In this document: positions 19,392 to 29,222 of the stretch, piece after piece
Numbering within the stretch: the first letter of the stretch is position 1
Layout: each line of letters opens with the position of its first letter
Virus record (IMG/VR): IMGVR_UViG_3300018429_000003
Location: 2,074-66,073 of that record
DNA length: 64,000 nucleotides
Reading direction: 5' to 3' (one strand)
Source: a virus
Taxonomy: Duplodnaviria; Caudoviricetes
Made by a program: the position numbers and the translations under genes
Notes under the pieces: model-generated
Told to the model about the DNA's origin: nothing
The model's database searches: none
Seen by the model: only the letters and a program-made list of their open reading frames with translations

Positions 19392-19585
19392 GCATTCCCT
19401 GAATCGTAGATATCGCACAACTTGAAAAGCAAGTCCTGAGAAAGAGAACCGCCTTCACCAACGACTACCGACTCAAAGCCCAAAACGGTCGCCCCTGTGG
19501 GCTTCCTTCGCACTTCGGTCTCACAGACAACGAGAACTTGTTCGTCTATGCCGTATACCGCAGTCGTGAATCTATTTACTCGCAC
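19388..19585 (-). CDS. Small antisense hypothetical protein
   Basis: AAGGGA SD and GTG start; fills the gap in the head operon. Confidence 0.45.
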   Translation of the reverse strand: MRVNRFTTAVYGIDEQVLVVCETEVRRKPTGATVLGFESVVVGEGGSLSQDLLFKLCDIYDSGNA

Positions 19586-19615
19586 GCGTATTCCCTTTGA
19601 TGAACGTAGCCGCGC

Positions 19616-19771
19616 TTAGCGTACACGCTGCGCTGTCATCTTTATTCGATCAATAAGCCAGTCGAATCCACAGCGGCAGGTGAACCTCACTAAGTCGCCG
19701 ACAATTGGTACCTTAAACAGTTCCGTGCTGCACTTCGTACAAACGGCGTTGGTTATTTCTTTGTCGCTCAT
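19616..19771 (-). CDS. Small Zn-ribbon ORF without a canonical in-frame start
   Basis: IERQEITNAVCTKC...FTCRCG; TATAAT 6 nt upstream; start is either ATT or the out-of-frame TTG at 19770. Confidence 0.4.
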   Translation of the reverse strand: MSDKEITNAVCTKCSTELFKVPIVGDLVRFTCRCGFDWLIDRIKMTAQRVR

Positions 19772-19812
19772 ACCGCAATTATACTTCCCACCAACGCCCC
19801 TCGCCTACCTCT

Positions 19813-19842
19813 AAAACGTAAAAATTCCCCTCGTGGTAATTT
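19813..19842 (+). promoter_or_regulatory. Late-type promoter, copy 6
   Basis: AAAACGTAAA-N14-TAATTT, 8 nt before ATG 19851. Confidence 0.65.
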
Positions 19843-19850
19843 CGCCAGCG

Positions 19851-21770
19851 ATGGCAACGACCTCCAAGAAAACCCCCGGGCTCCACTACCTCTCCAAGAT
19901 CGTTGCGGCGATTAAGGAGAAGCTGAAAGCCGGAAATCTCACTGAGACGGACCTTGACGGCATCGTTAAGAGCGCTCGCTCACACGCCGGAGGTAAAGCA
20001 AAAGCTGAAAAGATGAAAGCCGACACTGCGGCGCTGGTTGCGTTTGAACAGCAGTTTGAAGCTGCTGAGGCTGGCGGTAATCAAACTGGCCTGATGATTT
20101 GTTTCTATCTTTCTGATGACGCAGCGGCTCGGCTGGCTATTCCCCAAGGCGAATCACATGAAGACCTTCACCTGACCCTTTGCTACCTGGGCGACTCTTC
20201 ACAGTTTGGCGAGATAGCAATTGCGGAGATTCTCATTGCTTGCCGCAATCATGCGAACTGGCAAACACCACTATCCGGCGTAATCTCTGGAACCGGCCGC
20301 TTCATAGGTGACGAGATCGACGTCTACTACGCATCGGTCGATATCCCGATGCTTGCCGAGTTCCGTACTGACCTTGCGCGAAGGTTAGCGAGTTGCGGAA
20401 CGCCCGCCAAGACAGAGCATGGTTTTGACCCGCACATCACGCTCGCCTACTTGGAAAAAGACGATCCAACGCCTGACTACGATGTGAGTGATATCGAGCT
20501 TCGGTTCGACACCATGTCCGTGATGATTGCAGGGCGACGCGTTGACCTACCAATGGCCATGTCGAGCAATTTCAACGAGGTTGCCGATTTGTGCAACCAG
20601 TCAGGGCCCATGCGCTTATTCATGGAACAGCAGTTCGCGGACGCGCCCGAGTGGATTAACTATCTGCCAAAGCCCGGTGTATACACCAGCCCGCGCTATG
20701 GGCAAATCACCATCACAAAGGAGCGCAACCAGAGCTTTGTAGATAACTTCCTTAACGAGGTCTACCAGAAACAGCTTCCGATCGATAACGAGCATGATCT
20801 CGCGCAGTCCGGCGCTTCTGGCTGGATTACGTCGATGAAGATCAACGACGACGGAGGCGTTGACGCGAAAACCGAGTGGACCGATCGCGGCAAGAAACTA
20901 ATCGAGGAAGAGCGGTTCAAGTATTTTTCGCCCGCCTGGTTTGATAGCTGGACCGATCCGGTTAACCCGGAAACCAGACATAAAAACATCGCAATCGGCG
21001 GCGCACTGTGCATTCGCCCTTTCTTCAAAGAAAACGCTTTGCGCCCAATCGTGGCTAACGAGCAAGGCCTTTCCATTCTTACCGGTGATGTTCCGGAAAA
21101 CTTAAATTCATCCGATACGGTAAACCTACACTTCGAGGCGCTCACGCCAGTAACCGATCAACAAGGAGCTAGTGACATGACCCAAAGTGCTAATCCGACG
21201 CCGCAACAGTTCACGGAACTGGAAACCAAATTCCAAGCGGCGGAAAAACTGGCCAACGAAGAGAAAGCCCGTGCGGATGCCGCGGAGGCCAAGCTCAACG
21301 AGCAAAAGCAGGCCGCCGAAGCTGCAACGACCGAACTCACCAAAGCCACGGAATCAGTCACGAAGCTGAATGAGCGCGTCGCAAGTCTTGAGAAAGACAA
21401 GCGCACTTCTCGCTTTACCGAAATCTCACGCAACTGGATTGGCGAGCGCCAGGGCCACATCGACATGCTCGAACTCATCGTTAACGCCACCGAGAAGGGC
21501 GAAGAGTCCACGGAGTTCAAGGCTTATGTCGAGTCTCAGAACGCTGCGGTCGAACGTGTGAGAACTGCCGGCTTGTTCACTGAAGCTGGAAGCACGGCGC
21601 CGGCTGCTGGCGGTGCGATTCAGAAGATTGAAGCGAAGGCTCGCAAGATGGCCGAAGACAGCGCCGGCCAGCTGAGCTACGAGGCCGCAATGACTGCCGT
21701 TTTGGAAGCTGAGCCGCAACTCTACAAAGAGCACCTTGCGGAAATGCGCGGCGGAGCAGTCGCCGGTTAG
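19851..21770 (+). CDS. Fusion of a 2H phosphoesterase (Acb1/2'-5' RNA ligase-like), a Mu-like prohead protease and a coiled-coil scaffold
   Basis: DLHLTLCYLG and FDPHITLAY (two HxT motifs); LPIDNEH...ASGWI...EWTDRG...FKYFSP; helical C-terminus. Confidence 0.85.
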   Translation: MATTSKKTPGLHYLSKIVAAIKEKLKAGNLTETDLDGIVKSARSHAGGKAKAEKMKADTAALVAFEQQFEAAEAGGNQTGLMICFYLSDDAAARLAIPQGESHEDLHLTLCYLGDSSQFGEIAIAEILIACRNHANWQTPLSGVISGTGRFIGDEIDVYYASVDIPMLAEFRTDLARRLASCGTPAKTEHGFDPHITLAYLEKDDPTPDYDVSDIELRFDTMSVMIAGRRVDLPMAMSSNFNEVADLCNQSGPMRLFMEQQFADAPEWINYLPKPGVYTSPRYGQITITKERNQSFVDNFLNEVYQKQLPIDNEHDLAQSGASGWITSMKINDDGGVDAKTEWTDRGKKLIEEERFKYFSPAWFDSWTDPVNPETRHKNIAIGGALCIRPFFKENALRPIVANEQGLSILTGDVPENLNSSDTVNLHFEALTPVTDQQGASDMTQSANPTPQQFTELETKFQAAEKLANEEKARADAAEAKLNEQKQAAEAATTELTKATESVTKLNERVASLEKDKRTSRFTEISRNWIGERQGHIDMLELIVNATEKGEESTEFKAYVESQNAAVERVRTAGLFTEAGSTAPAAGGAIQKIEAKARKMAEDSAGQLSYEAAMTAVLEAEPQLYKEHLAEMRGGAVAG

Positions 21771-21837
21771 TGATTCTATCTCTCAGGTTTTCAAATCATT
21801 CGTTTAGAAACGCGACTCAAATTAAGGAGCGACACAA

Positions 21838-22212
21838 ATGGCATACGAAATTCCCGGTCCAGGTTGGCCTCTTGAAGCTGCTGCCGATTACCGAACCAAG
21901 CAGTTCTACTTCCTGACCGTCGACGGTAACGGTCGTGCGCTCCTTCCCACTGGTGACGGCACCGTTTGTGTTGGCGTTCTCCAAAACGACCCGCTGCAAT
22001 TTGAGGCTGCGACAATTGTTGACCGTGGCATCGTCAAGCTCGTTTCGAACGGCACGATTGAGGCCGGCGACAACGTCGCGTGCGCCAATGGCGGCAAAGG
22101 TAAGGAAGCTGCCTCCGGTGAATACATTCAGGGTACTGCACTTGAAGGCGATGGCGCTGTTGACGGCGCGATCATTTCAGTCCTTTTACGGCCTCAGGGT
22201 CGGTTGGCTTAA
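21838..22212 (+). CDS. Capsid cement/decoration protein (DUF2190-like)
   Basis: AAADY..KQFYF...VGVLQNDP...GIVKL...GTALE; lies just before the MCP. Confidence 0.8.
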   Translation: MAYEIPGPGWPLEAAADYRTKQFYFLTVDGNGRALLPTGDGTVCVGVLQNDPLQFEAATIVDRGIVKLVSNGTIEAGDNVACANGGKGKEAASGEYIQGTALEGDGAVDGAIISVLLRPQGRLA

Positions 22213-22282
22213 TCGCCCAAGTAATGACAGTTGAGCGGCTGAATAATCCGCAACGATTCTTTTCAAACTAGGAGCATCTACC

Positions 22283-23257
22283 ATGCAACCAACTCCAGGC
22301 CAGGTCCACGTAGATCGGCTGCTTTCAAATCTGTCGATTGCGTTTATCCAGGGACTAGATCAATTCATCGCGAACAAGATCTACCCCGTCGTACCGGTCG
22401 AGAAGCGGTCGGACCTGTTTCGCGTCTATCCAAAGGACGACTGGTTCAGGGATGAGGCGAAGAAGCGCGCTCCTGGTACAGAATCAGCAGGTGGCGGATA
22501 CGACGTCTCCACTGATAGCTATTTCTGTGAGACCTACGCGTTTCACAAGGATATTGACGATCAGACCCGCGACAATTCAGATGCGGATCTAAATCTCGAT
22601 CGCGATACGACTCAGTTTGTCACCACAAAGATGTTGCTCAAGCGCGAGAAGGTTTGGGTCACGAAGAACTTTCAACCAGGCGTGTGGGGAACGACCACCA
22701 CAGGCGTAGCGGCTGCCCCTGGGGCCGGTCAGGTGCTTCGCTGGGATGATGCCAATTCTGATCCCCGCGCGAACGTGAAGGCTGCCCGTCGCCAAATTCT
22801 CGCAACCACCGGCTACAAGCCCAACACTCTTGTTGTGCACTATGACGTCATGGATGCGCTGATTGACCATCCGGACTTCATTGAGCGCATTAAGTACACA
22901 TCGCGCGAGTCCATCAACGAAGACGCGCTCGCTAAGATTTTCGGTGTTGACCGTGTGCTCGTTGCAGGTGCTATTGAAAACTCCGCCAAAGAAGGTGTCT
23001 CACCTGCCGTGATCGACTTCGTTTACGGGAAACATGCGTGGCTGGGCTACGTAGCGCCGTCGCCAAGCCTGATGGCTCCTTCAGCTGGTTACACGTTCTC
23101 ATGGAAGCACGCGCCGTTGAATAACAATATGGGCGTTCAGATCAAGCGCTTTCGCATGGAACATATCGAATCGGAACGCATCGAAGGTCAGATCGCCTTT
23201 GACGATAAAATCGTTTCGACAGAATTGGGGTATTTTTTCGAGTCAATTGTTGCCTGA
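22283..23257 (+). CDS. Major capsid protein
   Basis: HVDRLLSNLSIAF...FIANKIYPVVPVEK...TGYKPNTLV...PSAGYTF...ELGYFF. Confidence 0.9.
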   Translation: MQPTPGQVHVDRLLSNLSIAFIQGLDQFIANKIYPVVPVEKRSDLFRVYPKDDWFRDEAKKRAPGTESAGGGYDVSTDSYFCETYAFHKDIDDQTRDNSDADLNLDRDTTQFVTTKMLLKREKVWVTKNFQPGVWGTTTTGVAAAPGAGQVLRWDDANSDPRANVKAARRQILATTGYKPNTLVVHYDVMDALIDHPDFIERIKYTSRESINEDALAKIFGVDRVLVAGAIENSAKEGVSPAVIDFVYGKHAWLGYVAPSPSLMAPSAGYTFSWKHAPLNNNMGVQIKRFRMEHIESERIEGQIAFDDKIVSTELGYFFESIVA

Positions 23258-23325
23258 TGCAGCCCTCGATTTCGCAGGTGTCGTCTCTTACTCAGAGGCG
23301 AGTCAATGAACAAGGAGCTAGTCCA

Positions 23326-23865
23326 ATGACCAAACAATTCAAAGTCCTTCGACACTTCAAAGTTGACGGCGCAATGCGCAAGCCTGGTGACCTACTTGAG
23401 GTCGCGAGTGTGAAAAACCCTCAGGCTTTGATTGATCAACGCTACATCGTTGACGCAAGCGACGATTCAACCAGCTTCAATCCAGGCGGCCCAACTCCCG
23501 ATCCCAAGATTGCCCAGGACCGCATGGTTGAACAGGCGGCAGGGCGGCAGGGTGGACCAGAGAACGACGTTGCGGATGATGATCCTATCACCAGCGAGAA
23601 CGAAGAAGAGAACGGAGCTCTTGCCAAACCGTCTCAACTCCGAGGTTCACTGCCTGATGACTTCCCGGGCCACAAGCCATTGACTGAAGCAGGCTTTAAT
23701 ACCTACGCAAAGGTTCGTAAACAGCTTGATAACCTGGAAGACGTTGACGGCATCGGTAAGGCGACCGCTGACAGGATTCGCGCTGAGTTTGCCAACGAAG
23801 ACGCGGGGGGCGACGACGACAGCGAGCCCGGCGATTCGACGGTACCCAAAGCGCCCAACGTCTAA
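23326..23865 (+). CDS. Head-associated protein with a helix-hairpin-helix motif
   Basis: AAGGAG SD before ATG 23326; LEDVDGIGKATADRI. Confidence 0.7.
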   Translation: MTKQFKVLRHFKVDGAMRKPGDLLEVASVKNPQALIDQRYIVDASDDSTSFNPGGPTPDPKIAQDRMVEQAAGRQGGPENDVADDDPITSENEEENGALAKPSQLRGSLPDDFPGHKPLTEAGFNTYAKVRKQLDNLEDVDGIGKATADRIRAEFANEDAGGDDDSEPGDSTVPKAPNV

Positions 23866-23917
23866 CTGGGATAGAAGGATTTAGGACACCAAGTACTGCT
23901 GGAGGCGGTTCCACACC

Positions 23918-24886
23918 ATGGGAAAACTAAGAAAACGCGGAATGACCTATCTCATGACCGGTATCGAAGTTGATGCTGGCAAAGCTCTGGCTGGTGGTCA
24001 GGAGCTTGCCACCACAACTCAGTACGGTCGGACGTTATACGTTGACGCGAGTAAAGCCGCATCTGGTGATGGCCGCTCATGGGCAGGCGCATTTAAGACG
24101 ATGGCCGAAGCTTTTGCTGCTCTGGCTGGCGGCGAGCGCGTGTTCTTCCGCGGCAATGTGCGCGAACAGTTGACGTCGCCAACCGGTGTTCCGGATGTCA
24201 CGATCATCGGCGCCGGGAATCGGCCGCGACATGCAGACACTCATCCGCTCAATGGTGAAAAATCCGCGTCGACATGGAAGCTGCCAGCGTCAGGTAGCAC
24301 TAATAATCCTCTTCTTATTCTTCGCAATCCGGGCTGGAGAATCTTTAACGTTCTCTTCGCCGCACATGCCAGCAACTATGCCCTCAGGTTGGAGCGCACC
24401 GGCGTAGAAGACGAAACCGAACAGGACGCTTCGCACCTGGAGGTTATGGGCTGCCGATTCGCTTCAGGCGGCGGCGGTATCAGTGACGTAGGTGGCTGTT
24501 TCAACGTGAAGATTGAAGGCAACCACTTTGGAGCTTTGACAGTCGCCTGCATTCTCGGCGTGGGCAATATCGGCGTGGGCTAGTTGGCCTGGCAGGTACG
24601 CGATAACCACTTCAACAACTTCACCAACGGCGTAAAGATTGCCGGTCACGAGTGCGTAATCTCAGGCAACTTTTTCACCGATGGCGGAACGCCCAACACA
24701 ACCTTCGTGCTGAACACCAACAACGGCGGCGGTCGAGATAATTTCGTCGTTGATAACTACTTCCAGACCGCGACCGCTAACTTCAATACACCGGACGTCG
24801 TTGGGACCGCGACGGACGTTTGGAATAACACCAGCATCGACGGTGAAGCCAGCATGATGGGCCGCGAGGTGGGCGTGCCGGCGTAA
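23918..24886 (+). CDS. Pectin-lyase-like beta-helix virion protein interrupted by an in-frame TAG at 24581-24583
   Basis: LYVDAS...GDGRSWAGAFKTMAEA start; xxNxF beta-helix repeats continue in frame across the amber codon. Confidence 0.65.
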
Positions 24887-24912
24887 ATCTGGCTCTTTGA
24901 ACTGAGGTAGCA

Positions 24913-25359
24913 ATGGGCTGGACCTATGATTCCGACCTTCCAACCGCTAAAGACAAAGTTCGCTTCATGGTCGGCGACGTTGAGCGCGGCGACCAACTGA
25001 TTGAAGACGGCGAGATTAACTTTGCCCTCGCTTCTACTGGTAACAATCTCCACAAAGCTGCTGCCGTTTGCTGCCGGGCAATGTCGGCCAGACTGCGACG
25101 GGAACTGACCTTAAACCCTGCGGCTGGTTCACTCTCTCTCGATTCACAAGTACAAGCTGACGGATTCCTTGAACTGGCTGAGAAGTTCGAGCGCGAAGCC
25201 TTACTGAGTGGAGGCGCGGGAATCTTCGCGGGAGGTATCTCAAAGGCCGGGAAGCGCAGTGTTGAGCAGGATCGCGACCGTGTACTCCCTGCGTTCACCG
25301 CGAATCGGCATCACCCGAGTCAGCCGGGTTCAGAAAGGCTATCGCAGACAGATGACTAG
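24913..25359 (+). CDS. Head-tail adaptor
   Basis: WTYD......DKVRFMVGD......IEDGEI; position in the neck module. Confidence 0.8.
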   Translation: MGWTYDSDLPTAKDKVRFMVGDVERGDQLIEDGEINFALASTGNNLHKAAAVCCRAMSARLRRELTLNPAAGSLSLDSQVQADGFLELAEKFEREALLSGGAGIFAGGISKAGKRSVEQDRDRVLPAFTANRHHPSQPGSERLSQTDD

Positions 25360-25789
25360 AGCACTCGCAATGGGCGTCAAGGCAAACCGGTTCGCCATAC
25401 GGGTGGCGCGCCGTGCTGCTGGGAGAATGCCAGACCTGTGCGTTGTTATTTCAACGTCAAGTGAGCGCGACGATCGCGGCGGCGTTCGCGTACTGCCAAC
25501 CGAGCTGCCTGTGCTGCCAGACCTTGACCCTGCGGAACTAATTCCCTGTCGCGTCGAAGGCAGGGCGGGGCAGGAGCGTGAGGTTGGCGGCATCGTACTG
25601 TCCGTGACCATCTACACGATGCGACTAATGGCGCTGAAGCCTGACGGAAAGACTGCGGTAGTCGTTCAACAGAAGGATCGTGTCTACGTGCTGCCACGCG
25701 GGACCGTTCCCGGGCGGTTACTTGAGGTTGAAACAATGGCCTATCGCGAGGGCGTAACGATTGATGTTGTGGGGTTGCTGGCAAACTAA
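25352..25789 (+). CDS. Head closure/stopper protein
   Basis: MPDLCVV....DDRGG...IPCRV; ATG 25352 overlaps the end of the adaptor gene. Confidence 0.65.
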   Translation: MTRALAMGVKANRFAIRVARRAAGRMPDLCVVISTSSERDDRGGVRVLPTELPVLPDLDPAELIPCRVEGRAGQEREVGGIVLSVTIYTMRLMALKPDGKTAVVVQQKDRVYVLPRGTVPGRLLEVETMAYREGVTIDVVGLLAN

Positions 25790-25798
25790 GCAAATGAA

Positions 25799-26218
25799 AT
25801 GTCATGGGAACTCGACAAGGTTGAACGATGGATGGTTTCAGCGCTGGAAACAGCGGTTGACCATACCCGCGTTTACAACAGCTTTCGCGCAGCCAGGGAA
25901 GCTCACGGTTCAGCCGGCTTCATCGTCTTTCGGCTCGTGCCTGGAGTTAGAAGCGACGTTCGAGTTCAGGGCCCACAGAGAATCATGGTGCGACCAACTT
26001 ATGACGTTACGGTCATCACGAAAGGCAGCCCGACCGACGCATCAGAGGCGATGGTTTCAGCCATGGATGACGCACTTAATATCGGCGAGCCTGTTAGTTT
26101 TGAAGAGATGCTTATCAGCTGTACTCGACTCAACCCTTTGTCTTACGAATCGCCGGGCCTTATTCCAGAAGAGTTTTTTGTCTACCGGGGCGGAACTTAC
26201 CAACTTTGGATTACTTAG
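25799..26218 (+). CDS. Tail terminator-like protein
   Basis: Size, position before the tail tube gene and GGTYQL C-terminus. Confidence 0.6.
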   Translation: MSWELDKVERWMVSALETAVDHTRVYNSFRAAREAHGSAGFIVFRLVPGVRSDVRVQGPQRIMVRPTYDVTVITKGSPTDASEAMVSAMDDALNIGEPVSFEEMLISCTRLNPLSYESPGLIPEEFFVYRGGTYQLWIT

Positions 26219-26230
26219 CGAGGTGTCACC

Positions 26231-27223
26231 ATGCCAGCACGTCCGTTAGTCTCGATCATCACCCAGCTTGGCGTTGAGGTAACGCCAGGTACAGCGGTCG
26301 CAGCGAACCGCATTATTCGCTCGCTAAGCTTTATGCCAAAGCTGCGGCGCGAGACAAAGCCCTTTCGGCCCAGGGGATATAAATTTGCCACGCTGAGCAC
26401 GCCTCACAAGGTATGGGGCGAAGGTAATTATGAGGGCGTTGGTTGTTATAACGGTATCCTCTACGTTTGCTCCGGATTGCTCCCACATCCGACTCCGACG
26501 GCCGTAGGAGCTTCCGCTGCGAAGAAATGGACCTATATACCGAACACGCGGCAGGAAGACGATACACGCAAGACTTACACCTTTGAAGTGGGCAGCGCCG
26601 TTACTGTAGACAAGTTCGCGTTTGGCCAATTGGCCAGCATGGAGTTCAGTCTGACTCAGGACGATGTTGCTATTTCCGGAAATCTCTTTGCACGCAAGCC
26701 AGTCTTCAATCAAGTTCAGACTGTGAGCCCAACAGAAATCGCAGCCCGGCCGATCCAACGTGGGCAAATCAACGTTTACCTTGATACGACCTTCGGCTCG
26801 ATCGGGACAACTAAAATAACGGACGCCGCGCAAGAGACGATATCGATGGGGGATAAGTGGCATCCCACGTGGGCTCATAACACTAGCTCGTCTTCATTCA
26901 GGGATACCGTCGAGGTGGCGCCCGACCTGAACTTTAGCTTTGTCACTCCGCATAACTCCCAGTCCCGCGCCTACCTGGACGCGCTCGACACGAACGCTCT
27001 CCAGTACATGCGCATTGAGTGTATTGGGGATCAGATTTCGCTCGATGGCGCTACCCCGGTTCTCGAGTCCGTGAAATTTGATATCGCCGGCAAGTTCACC
27101 CAGCCGGACGACGACGAAGAGCAAGACACTTACGCGCGCAAATTCAACTTTCAGGCACTTGATGACAGCTCTCTTGGCGGCGCATTCAAGGTTGAAGTTG
27201 TTAATTTGATTGCCGCCCTCTAA
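26231..27223 (+). CDS. Major tail tube protein
   Basis: QLGVEVTPGTAVAA N-terminus, TYTFEVG, KVEVVN C-terminus. Confidence 0.85.
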   Translation: MPARPLVSIITQLGVEVTPGTAVAANRIIRSLSFMPKLRRETKPFRPRGYKFATLSTPHKVWGEGNYEGVGCYNGILYVCSGLLPHPTPTAVGASAAKKWTYIPNTRQEDDTRKTYTFEVGSAVTVDKFAFGQLASMEFSLTQDDVAISGNLFARKPVFNQVQTVSPTEIAARPIQRGQINVYLDTTFGSIGTTKITDAAQETISMGDKWHPTWAHNTSSSSFRDTVEVAPDLNFSFVTPHNSQSRAYLDALDTNALQYMRIECIGDQISLDGATPVLESVKFDIAGKFTQPDDDEEQDTYARKFNFQALDDSSLGGAFKVEVVNLIAAL

Positions 27224-27236
27224 CGAAAGGGATTCT

Positions 27237-27701
27237 ATGGGATTCGATTACGCCAGTTTGCTGGGACCGCCGACGAAAGTCCCAATGATTGCCGACGATG
27301 GCAGCAAGCTGAACATGGAACTAAACCTATCTCTCGTGACAGCCGACTTTTTGAGCACGCTGGAAAACACCACGAATGCTCTCGCGGCGGCCAGAGCCCC
27401 ACGAGCCGCACGCAGGGCCGCTAAAGCCAAACAGAGACATCTTGCCGCCCAGCCTGAGCCCGAGTCAGTTGTGCGAGCGCGCGTTAATGAGATGCGCTTC
27501 ATGGCGAGCGTTCTTGGCGGGCCGGAAGGTGACGATGATCCAACCGCTCGAGTCGTTGTCGCCTGGGATATGACTCGAAATAAAAAGCCAGTTCAGCCAA
27601 GCTTTGAATTCTTCTATGGTCTGCCTTATGCCGTGCTTGCCAAACTGTTTGCCTTTTGCTGCTTTGAAGCCGCTGCGCCAAAAAAAACAGAAGAGAAATA
27701 G
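27237..27701 (+). CDS. Tail assembly chaperone (G)
   Basis: Follows the tube gene; VVAWD motif; A8 slippery run just before the stop. Confidence 0.7.
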   Translation: MGFDYASLLGPPTKVPMIADDGSKLNMELNLSLVTADFLSTLENTTNALAAARAPRAARRAAKAKQRHLAAQPEPESVVRARVNEMRFMASVLGGPEGDDDPTARVVVAWDMTRNKKPVQPSFEFFYGLPYAVLAKLFAFCCFEAAAPKKTEEK

Positions 27702-27928
27702 TAGCGATAAAGCGCTGGATCGTGGACGGAATGATCTACGATGGCGAACCTCTCCCTGAATGGTTTACCGACTTCGATGATGCGCGGCTTCTGCGTATTA
27801 GCGTCCTTGAGATAGGTAAGGTACCTCTGCATATCCGCCGGCGAGCACGCGTTTACGATGTCGCACGGCGTGAGGCTCGAATGCGCATCGCAAAGGGCGC
27901 TTGGGCGGTATTCAATATCGAGATCTGA
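27680..27928 (+). CDS. -1 frameshift extension of the tail chaperone (GT)
   Basis: CCA AAA AAA ACA; the -1 frame reads KKNRREIVAIKRWIVDGMIY... and is open to TGA 27928. Confidence 0.7.
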   Translation, partial: KKNRREIVAIKRWIVDGMIYDGEPLPEWFTDFDDARLLRISVLEIGKVPLHIRRRARVYDVARREARMRIAKGAWAVFNIEI

Positions 27929-27929
27929 C

Positions 27930-28277
27930 ATGCCTGTCAAAACCAAACGCACAAGTTCAACGATGAGCACTTACCACGCGACCGCGAAACGTCTTAACGA
28001 AACCGTCGAGCGTCACGCGAAGGGCGCAGCGGTTCTGGTGAGTGAACTGGCTCCCGTAAGTGAGAAGGACCATCTGCATATGTACCAAACTGTGAGCGCG
28101 CGGGAGGAGAGAAAGGGCAGGTGGAGAATAATCGTAGCTGCTGTTTATTCCGTCTTTCAAGAGTATGGGACGATTTTTATGGAGGCTCAGCCATTCTTCA
28201 GACCTGGAATTGCGTCGGCCCGAAGAGCACTTCGACGTGATTTGAAGATTGTGAAGGGACCACCGCGGATTAGCTAA
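27930..28277 (+). CDS. HK97 gp10-like tail completion protein
   Basis: LAPV......YSVFQEYGTIFMEAQPFFRPG. Confidence 0.8.
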   Translation: MPVKTKRTSSTMSTYHATAKRLNETVERHAKGAAVLVSELAPVSEKDHLHMYQTVSAREERKGRWRIIVAAVYSVFQEYGTIFMEAQPFFRPGIASARRALRRDLKIVKGPPRIS

Positions 28278-29067
28278 TTTTTGTTCTCTTTCTCTTTATC
28301 CACGCACTGCGGCGATGGCCCGCATTTTCTTTAGGTGTTGCCCACCTGCAATTCCCCGGTTCATAGTCACCGTCATTGTTAATACGATCAATTTGATGCC
28401 TGGAAGTTGGCCGTCTCCCCATATCAGCAAGAAAGTTTTCGAAGGTCTGCCAGCGCTCACATACCTTTATTCCACGGCCTCCGTAGTATTCCCAACTGGC
28501 CATTCTTGGATTTGAGCAGCGTGATTTCATCCCAGCCCAAACTTTATATTCTGCGCTCTTAGTCTCGCCGTGGACCAAGTTCCCCTTATTCTCAAGTGGA
28601 ATTCCAAGATGTCTGCAATGCGATGCGATGCAATTACCCGAAACCGCAAAGCGCCTACCCACATCATTAGCTGATAACCCGTCGTTAATCAGTTCGCGCA
28701 ATTCATCAGCGGACGGCATCGGCAAGTCCTCTTTGCGTCGCGTAGTCCATATCTTTGGCTTTGCAATGCCGTGCCGTTTAAGCCAGAAAGGGACCGCGGT
28801 GAAGTCCACGCCGAACATCGCAGCGATTTCACGGTAACTATGATGCTCACCGTGAACCAATCTCTCTAGATCTTCCTTCGTGGGTTCTTGCTGTCCTCGA
28901 TTCAGCAGGCCGTTATGACTTGCTCGCGGTTGAATCCCATAGTGAAGTAGCCACCGGCGCACCGTGATGTGAGCAACCTCATAGATGCTCCCAATCTGAC
29001 GTGTAGTAAGGCGTTGAGCCTCATACAAGTCGCGAACCGTTTCTTTGCTTGGACGTTTACGTTTCAC
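28270..29067 (-). CDS. HNH endonuclease with three N-terminal HTH repeats
   Basis: EYKVWAGMKSRC.NP....YYGGRGIKVCERW..FENFLADMG...IDRINNDGDYEPGNCRWAT. Confidence 0.9.
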   Translation of the reverse strand: MKRKRPSKETVRDLYEAQRLTTRQIGSIYEVAHITVRRWLLHYGIQPRASHNGLLNRGQQEPTKEDLERLVHGEHHSYREIAAMFGVDFTAVPFWLKRHGIAKPKIWTTRRKEDLPMPSADELRELINDGLSANDVGRRFAVSGNCIASHCRHLGIPLENKGNLVHGETKSAEYKVWAGMKSRCSNPRMASWEYYGGRGIKVCERWQTFENFLADMGRRPTSRHQIDRINNDGDYEPGNCRWATPKENAGHRRSAWIKRKRTKIS

Positions 29068-29222
29068 TGTGTTCTTTCTTGTCGAACCAAGCGCAGATAA
29101 GGCAGTGGCTTTGGCTTCAAAGTCATCCTGAGAACCTTCTTGCGTGGTCTAATCTTTGGCCTCAGCACTATCACAAAGTACTGAGGCCGTTTGTCTGGTA
29201 GTGGTAAGCAGATGCTTTTCAT
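29064..29222 (-). CDS. Small basic protein (not in the ORF track)
   Basis: 52 aa, MKSICLPLPDKRP...; overlaps the stop/start of both neighbours. Confidence 0.45.
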   Translation of the reverse strand: MKSICLPLPDKRPQYFVIVLRPKIRPRKKVLRMTLKPKPLPYLRLVRQERTQ

